DNA of 64,000 bases from assembly GCA_001782035.1 (NCBI GenBank), contig MFNL01000002.1:60865-124864 (forward strand), written 5' to 3'. Below, piece by piece: positions 1 through 9,604 of the stretch (within the stretch, counting starts at the first letter, position 1; each line of letters starts with the position of its first letter). Source of the stretch: Candidatus Levybacteria bacterium RIFCSPHIGHO2_01_FULL_37_17 (GTDB lineage: Bacteria > Patescibacteriota > Microgenomatia > Levybacterales > UBA12049). The position numbers and the translations under genes are program-made. Under the pieces are notes generated by a model that saw only the letters and a program-made list of their open reading frames with translations, did not search any database and had not been told where the DNA came from.

Positions 1-1795
1 AAGTTTTTTTGTCGTCAAAAGAAATTTTAGAAAAATCTATTTCTAATTTTTTATTAGTGCTAATAAAAAAGAGAGCTTCCTGAATAATCGTTAAATTTCT
101 CAAGCCCAAAAAGTCCATCTTTAAAAGTCCGACTCCGTTATAATCAGCTCCAATTGAATACATATCGTATTGGGTAATTATTTTTTCTCCATTGGTTTCA
201 CGCTGTAGCGGGCTGTATTCGGTTATATCTTTGTCGGCTATTACTACCCCTGCAGCATGAACTGAGGCGTGTCTTGCCACACCCTCAACTTTTCTTGCCA
301 AAGTCAAAATTTTTCTTGTATCTTCTTCCATGTTATAAGCAATTGAAAGCTCAGGACTTTGCTCCAAAGCTTTATCTATTGTCATTGCATGTCCCTGCCA
401 GCCAGGTGGAATCATTTTGGATATTCTGTCAGGAATTGAATATGGATACCCCAATACTCTTCCAATGTCTCGTACGGACCCTCTTGCTTCCATAGTTCCA
501 AAGGTTATTATTTGCGCAACCTTATCGCGTCCATATTTTTGCCTAACGTACTCTATAACCTCATCTCTTCTGTTATCTGCAAAATCTAAATCTATATCCG
601 GAGGCGAAGGACGCATGGGGTTGAGAAATCGTTCAAAGGGGAGTTTAAAAAACAGAGGGTCAATATCTGATATACCCAGCGCATATGATACTATAGAGCC
701 CGCATTAGACCCTCGGCCTGGGCCAACTGTTATACCTTTATCTTTGGCCCAGTTTACAAAGTCAGCGACTATAAGAATATAAGTTTCGTATCCTTTTTTT
801 AATATCACGGACAATTCGTACTGCGCTCTTTCTTTCATTTCTGCAGTAACTTTCCCGTATCTTCTTAGTAGGCCTTCGTCAACTTTTTCAACAATAAAGT
901 CCTTTGTAGTTTTGCCTTCGGGAACCTCAAAATTTGGGAGTATCCATTTATCCATTGGTATTTCAACATTACACATCTGTTCAATTTTTATTGTATTTTC
1001 TAATGCTTCCGGGTTTTGTATGAATAGGCCGGTCATTTCATCTGGAGATTTAATGTAAAAATCTGGAGAATCTATCATTGTAAGTTTTCTACCTCTTGTA
1101 TCTAACAGTGTTTGGGTTTGGATACACAAGAGTGCCTCTTGTGCTTGGGCGTCATCTGCTCTTATATAATGGTTGTCGTTTGTTGCAACCAATGGAATCC
1201 CTAACTCATCTGAAAGAGAAATTAATTTAGCATTAAGTATCTCTTGGTCAGGTATATTTGTATGTTTCTGAAGTTCCAAATAAAAATTATCTTCTCCAAA
1301 TATTTCTTCAAGCTTTAGCGCTCTTTCTTTAGCAGTTTTATTCTCATTCTTCATCAAGGGTTCCGAAACAAAACCATTCAAACAAGCACTTAGACATATC
1401 AGTCCTTGGGAGTATTTCTTTAAGAGGTCTAGGTCAGTTCTTGGTCTGTAGTAGTATCCCTCTAAATTCGCAATTGATATTATTTTCATTAAATTTTTAT
1501 ATCCTATTAAATCTTTTGCCAAAAGTATTAAATGGTTTGCGTCTGCGTCAATCCCTGCTTCTTTATCCAATCTTGTACGTTTTGCTACATAGATTTCCGC
1601 ACCAATTATCGGCTTTACCCCTTCGGCAATACATGCCTTATAAAATTGTATAGTCCCATACATGTTCCCATGATCTGTGATGGCAATTGCTTTCATGTTA
1701 AGCTCTTTAACTCTTTTTACCATCTCGGGAATTTTTGAGAGTCCGTCTAGAAGGGAATACTCACTGTGATTATGAAGGTGTACAAACTCAGCCAT
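1..1795 (-). CDS. dnaE: DNA polymerase III alpha subunit, N-terminal portion (PHP domain); the gene continues beyond the window start
   Basis: Reverse translation from ATG (rc of 1793-1795) reads MAEFVHLHNHSEYSLLDGLSKIPEMVKRVKELNMKAIAITDHGNMYG..., the classic PHP HxH / DnaE N-terminus. The frame stays open to position 1. It is absent from the ORF track because it is truncated by the window edge. Confidence 0.85.
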   Translation of the reverse strand, partial: MAEFVHLHNHSEYSLLDGLSKIPEMVKRVKELNMKAIAITDHGNMYGTIQFYKACIAEGVKPIIGAEIYVAKRTRLDKEAGIDADANHLILLAKDLIGYKNLMKIISIANLEGYYYRPRTDLDLLKKYSQGLICLSACLNGFVSEPLMKNENKTAKERALKLEEIFGEDNFYLELQKHTNIPDQEILNAKLISLSDELGIPLVATNDNHYIRADDAQAQEALLCIQTQTLLDTRGRKLTMIDSPDFYIKSPDEMTGLFIQNPEALENTIKIEQMCNVEIPMDKWILPNFEVPEGKTTKDFIVEKVDEGLLRRYGKVTAEMKERAQYELSVILKKGYETYILIVADFVNWAKDKGITVGPGRGSNAGSIVSYALGISDIDPLFFKLPFERFLNPMRPSPPDIDLDFADNRRDEVIEYVRQKYGRDKVAQIITFGTMEARGSVRDIGRVLGYPYSIPDRISKMIPPGWQGHAMTIDKALEQSPELSIAYNMEEDTRKILTLARKVEGVARHASVHAAGVVIADKDITEYSPLQRETNGEKIITQYDMYSIGADYNGVGLLKMDFLGLRNLTIIQEALFFISTNKKLEIDFSKISFDDKKT

Positions 1796-2498
1796 TTATT
1801 GCCTTCTTCCTTTCTTTTTTTTGTTCATACATTTCTCTGTCTGCTTGTTTTAGGGTTGCTTGAGGATTTATTAAGTCTACATCTTTAATTCCAGCCGACA
1901 TTCCAAGTTTTAGCCCTCGATTAGAGAGTCTCTTACTGAACGGTATTTTTCTAATTCCTTCGACAATGCGCTCAATAACTAATTTTGCCCCCTCATCCGT
2001 TGTATCTGGAAGTAGCAATACAAATTCATCTCCCCCATATCTTCCTGCAATGTCTGTTGGTCTTATACTAGCTCCAATCACTTTTCCTATCTGTGCTAAA
2101 ACTTCATTTCCGCTTTCGTGACCGAACATATCGTTTACTGATTTGAACCCATCCAAATCAGTAAAAATAAGTTTTAAATTACCTTTTTTCTCTCTGGATA
2201 TTCTTGCTTCAACTTTTAGTATTTCTTCGAATGTCCTTAAGGTATTAAGGCCCGTTAGTGGATCTTTCTTATATTCTTCGATTATGGGGTCTGTCTCTTG
2301 TTTAAGGCTGTCAGCTGCAATAAAAGCTGCATTTCTTTTCAGTTTTTTCTGTTCTGGATCAGTTACGCCAAACAAAGCTCTTCTTACATGATTTCGAACA
2401 GCAGCATATCTTTTTCTTAGTTCTCCAAAACTTAACCTTTCTTGAGGAGTAGCGGCTTCTGCTTGACCCCTTGTTTTTTCTACTGCATCTATCGCCAT
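1788..2498 (-). CDS. GGDEF-domain diguanylate cyclase with a short N-terminus and no obvious sensor domain
   Basis: RYGGDEFVLLLP motif with flanking GGDEF-domain conservation (FTDLDGFKSVNDMFGHESGNEVL). Its stop overlaps the dnaE start by 8 nt. Confidence 0.8.
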   Translation of the reverse strand: MAIDAVEKTRGQAEAATPQERLSFGELRKRYAAVRNHVRRALFGVTDPEQKKLKRNAAFIAADSLKQETDPIIEEYKKDPLTGLNTLRTFEEILKVEARISREKKGNLKLIFTDLDGFKSVNDMFGHESGNEVLAQIGKVIGASIRPTDIAGRYGGDEFVLLLPDTTDEGAKLVIERIVEGIRKIPFSKRLSNRGLKLGMSAGIKDVDLINPQATLKQADREMYEQKKERKKAING

Positions 2499-2499
2499 G

Positions 2500-3861
2500 T
2501 TATTTTATTTTCGCGAGTAAACTCGCCTTAACTTTTGATGCATCAATTTTTTGTGGGAAATTATGCATCACTTGTCCCACTAAAAACATTATAGCGTTTT
2601 CTTTCCCCCTTTTGTAGTCCGAAACCGCGGTTTCGTTTTCTCTTAGGACTAATTCTATGGCTTTATCCAACTCTTTGTCATCGATGTCGGCAGTTGTTGT
2701 AGAGCTTTTGAACTGGTTAATTAATTGCTTAGTAAGATTTGGAACAAGGTTTTGGTCAATTTTCTCTTCTGGCTTATTAGCAAGGAAGTTTCCGAATTTA
2801 CCCAATTGTTCTTTGGGTAGTATATTTTCTTTAATCACGGCCTCAAATACCTGGGTTCTGTACTTTGAAGCCGAAATAGACGCACCGGATGCATTTGATA
2901 CCCCTAGACCTACGTAAAAATTAGCTTTTTCTTTAGGAGAATTTTTTCTAGCCTCCTCCAATAAATTCTTGACTTCAGTTTTCCAATTATTTCTTTGTTC
3001 ATCAGTCCATCTAAATGGAGGAATATCTGGTTCTGGAAAATATCTGTAGTCAGATGCTTCTTCTTTTATTCTTTGAGAAACTGTTGATTGAGTTTTCTCG
3101 ATAAAACCCCTTGTTTCCTGCACAGGCGTTTCTCCTTTATCTAGTATTTCCCTCTGTCTTGCTAACTCAAATTCAATTGCCCTTTCAACAAATTTAAATG
3201 AATTAATATTCTTTACTTCGACTTTATAACTGGGCCGTTTTTCTCCTTCTTTCCTCAAGGATATGTTTGGTTCAAGTCTCATTTCACCTTTCTCCATATC
3301 TGCGTTTGAAATTCCCAGATATCGAACTATTTGCTTAAGAGACTTTAGGTACTCTGTTACTTCGAAGGGATTTACAAAATCTGGTTCAGTTACTATTTCA
3401 ACTAACGGAACCCCGGAGCGGTTAAAGTCAATGAGCGTTAAGTCACCTTCATGAATTAATTTTCCTGTATCCTCTTCCATATGAACTCTTCGAACATCTA
3501 TTTTTTTCTCCTTGTTTTGGCTATTTGGTTCTTGCTTGATAAAAACTTCACCATCAACTGCAAAGGGTTGGTCGTATTGGCTTATTTGATAGCCTTTGGG
3601 TAAATCTGGATAAAAGTAGTTTTTTCGATCAAACCTAGAGAATGGAGGAATCTCGCAATTCAATGCGTACCCGAGCATTATGCACCATTCGATAGCTTTT
3701 TTATTTGGAACAGGAAGTGCACCTGGAAGCCCTAAACATACTGGGCATGTATGCGTATTTGGTTTTTTACCAAAGTAGTCTGCAGAGCATCTGCAAAACA
3801 TCTTTGATTTTGTTTTCAGCTCTACGTGAACTTCTAAGCCGATAACAGGGGTATATTTCAT
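2500..3861 (-). CDS. gatB: Asp/Glu-tRNA(Asn/Gln) amidotransferase subunit B
   Basis: N-terminus VIGLEVHVELKTKSKMFCRC...CPVCLGLPGALPV is the GatB signature. Confidence 0.9.
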   Translation of the reverse strand: MKYTPVIGLEVHVELKTKSKMFCRCSADYFGKKPNTHTCPVCLGLPGALPVPNKKAIEWCIMLGYALNCEIPPFSRFDRKNYFYPDLPKGYQISQYDQPFAVDGEVFIKQEPNSQNKEKKIDVRRVHMEEDTGKLIHEGDLTLIDFNRSGVPLVEIVTEPDFVNPFEVTEYLKSLKQIVRYLGISNADMEKGEMRLEPNISLRKEGEKRPSYKVEVKNINSFKFVERAIEFELARQREILDKGETPVQETRGFIEKTQSTVSQRIKEEASDYRYFPEPDIPPFRWTDEQRNNWKTEVKNLLEEARKNSPKEKANFYVGLGVSNASGASISASKYRTQVFEAVIKENILPKEQLGKFGNFLANKPEEKIDQNLVPNLTKQLINQFKSSTTTADIDDKELDKAIELVLRENETAVSDYKRGKENAIMFLVGQVMHNFPQKIDASKVKASLLAKIK

Positions 3862-5294
3862 AAATTTGGTCTTTTCTTCCTCCAGTTCTCATTTGCAGTT
3901 GCCATTTCATATTGATGTGCGACTTGTAAAACCAAGTCTTCTGCAAATTGACGGCCTATTATTTGCATGCCAATAGGTAGCATGCTTTTAGAGAATCCTA
4001 TGGGAATATTTATTCCAGGCAATCCTGCGATAGATGAGGGTTCGACTAGTATGTCGGCTATTTCCCCAAACATTGCAGCATTTTCGCTAGCTCCTGCGTG
4101 AAGTGGAAGAGATGGGGAAGTTGGACCTAGTATCACATTAACTTTTTCAAATGCTTTTTCAAAGTCGTTTACTATTAAAGATCTTGCCTTAGCCGCTCTA
4201 TTGTAATACTGGTTATAATATCCGGATGACAACGAATAGGTTCCGAGCACAATTCTTCTTTTTGCTTCCTCACCGAACAATTTTCTGTCCTTTCCAAAGC
4301 GTACTCCATCGTAACGGGCAAGATTTGAAGATACCTCACTCCTTTGAATTATTGTATAGACAGAAGTGGCATATTTTGGTTTGACTAGATTAATTTTTAC
4401 AATCTTCGCACCCATTTTTTCGAGTTTTTCAATTGAGAGCCGAACAGCCGACTCAACTTCCTTGTCAATTCCATCAATAAAGTACTCGTCTGATATCCCT
4501 ATCTTGAGATTTTTTATTTTGTTATCTACTACAGGCAATGTATAATCCCCTACCGGTGGTAGGGAAGTAGTAGCATCAAATTCATCAGTTCCTGCTAAGA
4601 CCCGTAGCAATAAAGCAGAATCCTCAACTGTTTTTGTAATCGGCCCTGGGGAGTCCAACGAAGATGCCATTGCAATAACACCATACCTTGAAACTCTTCC
4701 ATAGGTTGGCTTAAGTCCAACAACTCCGCACCATGATGCAGGCTGTCTTATAGAACCGGCTGTCTCGCTTCCAATAGCTGCTATCGCCTCGTCGGCAGCC
4801 ACAGCCGCAGCAGAGCCCCCGGAAGAACCTCCGGGCAAATGTTTTGTATTCCAAGGGTTTTTTGTTGAACCGTAATCGGAAGTTTCAGTAGACGAACCAT
4901 GTGCCCATGCATCCATATTTGTTTTGCCAATTAGCACAGCTCCTGCGTCTTTCAGTTTCTTAACAACAGTTGCATCATACGGAGGGATATAATCGTCCAA
5001 AACTTTACTAGAAGCAGTAGTTCTAATACCCATAGTAGAGAAATTATCTTTCACCGCAATAGGTATTCCTAAAAGAGGCAAATCTTGATTACTGGAAAGA
5101 AGTTTATCTGCTTTTCTAGCTGCAGAGACTACATCATCGTAAGTTGGTGCAATTGGTTTTATAAATGCATTTATTTTTTTATCAACTTTTTCTATCTGAG
5201 CTAAACAGGCCTCGGTAAGGTCAAATGAGCTAAATTCTCTTTTTATTAATCCCTCTTTTGCTTGCTTAATGGTCAACGAGTTTAATTCAGTCAT
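3858..5294 (-). CDS. gatA: Glu-tRNA(Gln) amidotransferase subunit A (amidase signature family)
   Basis: GGSSGGSAAAVAA amidase signature. The start is probably the internal Met (MTELNSLTIKQ); the ORF could extend to 5327. Confidence 0.88.
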   Translation of the reverse strand: MTELNSLTIKQAKEGLIKREFSSFDLTEACLAQIEKVDKKINAFIKPIAPTYDDVVSAARKADKLLSSNQDLPLLGIPIAVKDNFSTMGIRTTASSKVLDDYIPPYDATVVKKLKDAGAVLIGKTNMDAWAHGSSTETSDYGSTKNPWNTKHLPGGSSGGSAAAVAADEAIAAIGSETAGSIRQPASWCGVVGLKPTYGRVSRYGVIAMASSLDSPGPITKTVEDSALLLRVLAGTDEFDATTSLPPVGDYTLPVVDNKIKNLKIGISDEYFIDGIDKEVESAVRLSIEKLEKMGAKIVKINLVKPKYATSVYTIIQRSEVSSNLARYDGVRFGKDRKLFGEEAKRRIVLGTYSLSSGYYNQYYNRAAKARSLIVNDFEKAFEKVNVILGPTSPSLPLHAGASENAAMFGEIADILVEPSSIAGLPGINIPIGFSKSMLPIGMQIIGRQFAEDLVLQVAHQYEMATANENWRKKRPNL

Positions 5295-5685
5295 TATTAA
5301 GAACTCCTTTAACTTTAAATAATCCATTTTGAGTAGCCTTAGCGTTTTTTAAAGCTTCATCTTGGGATAGCGATGGAGAGGGTTCATCTTCTCTCGAGAT
5401 ATTTTCAAGGCCAGTTATTTGAGAGCTTGGTTCAAGTTGGCTTACAAGATTGTCTAAGTCTTTGAGGTTATTAATATAAGCAAGGGTTTCGTCTAGCTGT
5501 TGAGAAAGTTTAACCCCTTCATCTTGCGTTATATCCAAAGCAGCTAATTCAGCTATGTGTTTGATACGTGTCTTGTCGTCCGAGAAATATGTAACGCTTG
5601 CGGAACTGATTTCAGATCTTGCTGTTGTACCAGTTGAGCTAATAATTAGGTCCTTAGACTTAGAGATTTCATGTTTTTTGACCAT
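5287..5685 (-). CDS. gatC: Asp/Glu-tRNA amidotransferase subunit C with an N-terminal extension
   Basis: C-terminal 90 aa (IKHIAELAALDITQDEGVKLSQQLDETLAYINNLKDLD) match the GatC pattern. It sits directly upstream of gatA-gatB. Confidence 0.6.
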   Translation of the reverse strand: MVKKHEISKSKDLIISSTGTTARSEISSASVTYFSDDKTRIKHIAELAALDITQDEGVKLSQQLDETLAYINNLKDLDNLVSQLEPSSQITGLENISREDEPSPSLSQDEALKNAKATQNGLFKVKGVLNND

Positions 5686-5688
5686 GTA

Positions 5689-6099
5689 TTAATTTGAAGG
5701 CTTATCAACAAAGAACGAGGCGGATGCCAAGTCCTTACCATTTACCTTAACAGCAATCTTATGCTCCCCATAGTTACTTAATTTAACTGAGTTCAATTGG
5801 TAAATAATGTTAAAGTTCCTTTTCCTATCGTTATATTTTGGCAAACTTACTTTTAAGGTAGGTATCTTATTCTCAACGATTGAATTCCCCTTACTATCTA
5901 AGATGTCCAAATCAACATTGGCTGATTGGATATCTTTATCGTCAACCATAACACTTCCTACTAGATAAAGAGTTTGATGCAATGCTGGGACAGATTGCGC
6001 GTAAATTGTTTCAAAAACACCGTTAATCATTAATTTTCCATCCCTATCGGTACTTGCGTAATCTGCTAGGAGGAAAAAGTTTTTATCAAATTTACTCAT
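5689..6099 (-). CDS. hypothetical protein
   Basis: 136-aa ORF in operon position; no recognisable motif. Confidence 0.4.
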   Translation of the reverse strand: MSKFDKNFFLLADYASTDRDGKLMINGVFETIYAQSVPALHQTLYLVGSVMVDDKDIQSANVDLDILDSKGNSIVENKIPTLKVSLPKYNDRKRNFNIIYQLNSVKLSNYGEHKIAVKVNGKDLASASFFVDKPSN

Positions 6100-6117
6100 A
6101 AAAGTATTATATCATTA

Positions 6118-6876
6118 TTATAAATTTACTCCGAGTCTTTTAGCAATTGCGATTCTGGCTTTTTCTTCCAAAGATTCGTCTAAGGGTTTTAACTCGATTT
6201 TAGAATTATATTTCCTTTCCAAGGCTTTTGTTATTAAATAATCTGCAAATTCAGGATTTTTAGGTAGAATAGGTCCATGAGCATATGTTCCAAAACTTTC
6301 TTTATAAATAGCGCCTTCAGTTTTATCCTCACCATTGTTTCCGAAACCAACAATTACCTCACCAAAAGGCTGAATGTTTTTCCCAAGATATGTTCTACCT
6401 CCATGATTTTCAAAGCCTACAACTGGTAGAGTTAATCCTTTCACCTTAGGTTTAAAAATCATGTTCCCAATTAGTCTTTCAGATTTCCCCCCCGGGTTTT
6501 CGGTATATAAATCAAATATTCCAATCCCATCAACAATTGTCCCATCGGATTCTTTATAATAATTGCCTAAAAACTGAAATCCGCCACAAACATATAAGCC
6601 CGGTGTTCCATCATCTATTTTGTTTTTAAGATATTTTTTAACTCTTTTTAGGTCGTTATTAACTATTGTTTGTTGTCTATCCTGGGCTCCTCCCATCAAC
6701 AATAAGTCACAATCATCAAGCTGTTTATAGTCAAAATCAGGGTTAAGCATTTTAACTTCAGCCCTAACATCTCTCCACTGACATCTTTTAACCAAAGCAA
6801 CGATATTACCTATATCCCCGTAAATATTCATGAGTTCCGGATATAGCCATCCAATAATTAAGGTTTTAATTTTCAT
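6118..6876 (-). CDS. gatD: lipid II isoglutaminyl synthase, glutaminase subunit GatD (CobQ-type GATase)
   Basis: CobB/CobQ-like GATase with the catalytic Cys in LYVCGGFQFLG. It is translationally coupled to the upstream MurT-like gene. Confidence 0.7.
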   Translation of the reverse strand: MKIKTLIIGWLYPELMNIYGDIGNIVALVKRCQWRDVRAEVKMLNPDFDYKQLDDCDLLLMGGAQDRQQTIVNNDLKRVKKYLKNKIDDGTPGLYVCGGFQFLGNYYKESDGTIVDGIGIFDLYTENPGGKSERLIGNMIFKPKVKGLTLPVVGFENHGGRTYLGKNIQPFGEVIVGFGNNGEDKTEGAIYKESFGTYAHGPILPKNPEFADYLITKALERKYNSKIELKPLDESLEEKARIAIAKRLGVNL

Positions 6877-8147
6877 AGTAATTTTCTTCCTAGTAAGATT
6901 TTTCTTACATCAAGCATTGCAGAGTAGTTTGGTAAAACATAAAGTTTTTCATCGCTATCCAGATTATCGACCATTGAATTAATTGCATTTTCCAGATTTT
7001 CTTCCGAATGGAAAAAAATTCCTGCATATTTTAGTCTTAGCGCCATATCATAGGTTCTATCCCCCGAGACCATAATATTTATATCTGAATCTAAAATTCT
7101 TTCAATTCCTATATCCCAGATCCAGGAAACGTCAAGTCCGTCTGGGATTCTGTCATTTAAAACAATTAAAATATTTTCTGCCCTAAGATCCATTATAGTT
7201 GCCAATGATTCGTTAAAACTGGTTGGATTTTTCGCAAGAAATAAATTAATTGCTTTCCCTTTATAGCTTATTTTTTCTTGTCTGCCAAAGGCAGGCTTGA
7301 ATTTTTTTAATCCCTCGACTATTTGGTCATTATTAAATCTCAATTTATTTAAAAGAAGGTTTGCCGCAATAGTATTGTATTTATTATAAATTCCATCGAG
7401 TGGATAAAAAGAGGCTCTTATGATAGTTGGCTTTGGTCTTTCAAATTGGCAGTTACCACATCTCCATATTCCCAAGTGAGAGAAATAAACTTTTTCAAAA
7501 GTAAGTCTTGTTGAACATTTTGGGCAAAAGATAGAATCAGCACCGTGTTTTAACCTTTTAAGGTTTTCTTTTCCATCCAGCCCAAAATAAAACTTATTCT
7601 TCCTGTTTTCTCCTAAGTAAGTGATTAACGGATCGTCTGCGTTAAGAATTAAAGTTATTGAGTCGTGTTTATCGATGGAATTCTTCCATCTTTTTGCAAT
7701 TGAGTCTAATTCTCCATATCTATCTAGTTGGTCTCTAAAAAGATTTAAACAGATTAAATAATCTGGATTGACATTTTCAAGGATCTGGGGTAAAGCAAAC
7801 TCGTCTGATTCAAAAATTAGATAATCTTTATCAATTCTACCGAAAAGGGTTGAGTTTTGAATTAGCTCAGACGCTAATCCGTTAAGCAAGTTTGCGCCTG
7901 CAACATTATGCGCATAGGTCTTCTGACTCGCTTTTAATACTGATGCGATTAATTTACCAGTCGTTGTCTTGCCATTGGTTCCAGCAACTACAATTTTTAT
8001 AGCCTTTGATTTTGACAGTATATTTCTGCAAAAATTTTGGTTTAGCTTTAAGGCAATGTGACCAGGCCAGGTCGATCCCGAGCCTAAATTGAAGGTTCTA
8101 CTGAACAATATTATTGTTTTACCAATAAGAATAGAGAGAAAGTCCAT
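6873..8147 (-). CDS. murT: lipid II isoglutaminyl synthase, Mur-ligase subunit MurT
   Basis: Mur ligase P-loop (VAGTNGKTTTGKLIASVL) plus a Cys4 ribbon (CPKCSTRL...CGNCQFERP). The domain order is typical of MurT. Confidence 0.7.
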   Translation of the reverse strand: MDFLSILIGKTIILFSRTFNLGSGSTWPGHIALKLNQNFCRNILSKSKAIKIVVAGTNGKTTTGKLIASVLKASQKTYAHNVAGANLLNGLASELIQNSTLFGRIDKDYLIFESDEFALPQILENVNPDYLICLNLFRDQLDRYGELDSIAKRWKNSIDKHDSITLILNADDPLITYLGENRKNKFYFGLDGKENLKRLKHGADSIFCPKCSTRLTFEKVYFSHLGIWRCGNCQFERPKPTIIRASFYPLDGIYNKYNTIAANLLLNKLRFNNDQIVEGLKKFKPAFGRQEKISYKGKAINLFLAKNPTSFNESLATIMDLRAENILIVLNDRIPDGLDVSWIWDIGIERILDSDINIMVSGDRTYDMALRLKYAGIFFHSEENLENAINSMVDNLDSDEKLYVLPNYSAMLDVRKILLGRKLL

Positions 8148-8153
8148 AATGAC

Positions 8154-9041
8154 CTACATTGAGCGCAAAATCTTTATCCTTTCCTCAAGAGGCGGATGTG
8201 TATTGAAAAGCCCGGTGAAAAAATTTTTTACTTTTTTATTATCAAATGGATTCTCAATAAACAAATGGGCAGTTGCGTTGCTTGCAACCCTTGGGGCCGT
8301 ATGGTCCTTGGCAAGCTTTTCCAATGCCTGTGCCAAGCCCTCCGGGTATCTTGTTAAAAGCACACCTGAAGCATCAGCTAAAAACTCTCTTTTTCGTGAA
8401 ACTGCAAGTTGAATTAACGTAGCTGCAATTGGAGATAGAATGGCAAAAATTATTGCGAGTACCAAAAATATCTGGCTTCCTCTGTTATCCCTGTCTCCTG
8501 AAAAAAAAGTCATTCTAATAAAGATATCTGAAAGTATTGCAACAAAACCAACAAGAATCGCCACTATTCCCATAAGCCTAATATCAAAATTTTTGATATG
8601 GGAAAGCTCATGGGCTATTACGCCTTCAAGCTCGGCCTCACTCATAATTGAAAGCAAGCCGGTTGTTGCACAAACTACAGCATGCTTAGGGTCTCTTCCG
8701 GTTGCGAAGGCATTAGGGGATGGGTCATCCATTATATATACATTCGGCATTGGCAGGCCAGATGCAATCGATAAGTTTTCAACTATTCGAAAATACTGTG
8801 GATAGTCTTGTTTTTTTATTTGCTTTGCGCCTGTTGTAGCTAGTACTAATTTATCGGAATAATAATAACTTCCTATACTCATTAATCCTGCTAAAACTAG
8901 TGCTAAGCCAGACATTCCAAGAGCGCTAAAACCAAGAGCTTTTGAAAATACATAAACCAAAGTTGAGACAACCAAAACAAACAATATCATAACTAACCAG
9001 GTTTTGGTTTTGTTGGAAGAAATAGCCGAATAAATGTTCAT
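8154..9041 (-). CDS. htpX: M48 zinc metalloprotease HtpX
   Basis: HELSHIKNFD HExxH motif, multiple TM helices, and the conserved LemA-HtpX pairing. Confidence 0.8.
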   Translation of the reverse strand: MNIYSAISSNKTKTWLVMILFVLVVSTLVYVFSKALGFSALGMSGLALVLAGLMSIGSYYYSDKLVLATTGAKQIKKQDYPQYFRIVENLSIASGLPMPNVYIMDDPSPNAFATGRDPKHAVVCATTGLLSIMSEAELEGVIAHELSHIKNFDIRLMGIVAILVGFVAILSDIFIRMTFFSGDRDNRGSQIFLVLAIIFAILSPIAATLIQLAVSRKREFLADASGVLLTRYPEGLAQALEKLAKDHTAPRVASNATAHLFIENPFDNKKVKNFFTGLFNTHPPLEERIKILRSM

Positions 9042-9043
9042 AA

Positions 9044-9592
9044 CTAAAACTTAACCTTAACTTCTTTTTTCTCTTGCTCTGTAGCAGCGAAGAATTCTTC
9101 TTCTTTAAAGTTAAATAAGTTAGCAATTATCATGTTTGGGAAAACTCTTAGCTTAGTGTTGTAATCCAAAACGTTTGAATTATAAAATTGCCTTGCATAT
9201 GCAATCTTGTTTTCTGTATCTGAAACCTCTTCTTGGAGTTCCAAAAAATTCTGGCTCGCCTTTAAGTCAGGATAAGCTTCAGCGACTGCGAAAATGGACT
9301 TTAAAGTATCCGAAAGCATGTTATTTGCTTCTGCTTTATCATGTGGGGTTTTGGCTGATACCAAGTTGGCCCTCTCCTTAGTTACTTTTTCAAAAAGTTC
9401 TTTCTCGTGTTTTGCATAACCTTTAACTGCTTCAACAAGGTTAGGAATTAAATCTGCTCTTCTTTTGAGTTGGACATCTATTTGGGAAAAGGCTTCAGAA
9501 ATCCTTATCTTTGCAACAATTATACTGTTATACAGCCACCAAACAAAACCTGCTAAAACAACTGCCGTTATCAATATTATCCAAATATTCAT
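9044..9592 (-). CDS. lemA: LemA family protein
   Basis: N-terminal TM then a LemA-like helical domain ([27 protein letters not shown]). Confidence 0.75.
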   Translation of the reverse strand: MNIWIILITAVVLAGFVWWLYNSIIVAKIRISEAFSQIDVQLKRRADLIPNLVEAVKGYAKHEKELFEKVTKERANLVSAKTPHDKAEANNMLSDTLKSIFAVAEAYPDLKASQNFLELQEEVSDTENKIAYARQFYNSNVLDYNTKLRVFPNMIIANLFNFKEEEFFAATEQEKKEVKVKF

Positions 9593-9604
9593 TCTCTCAC
9601 CTCC

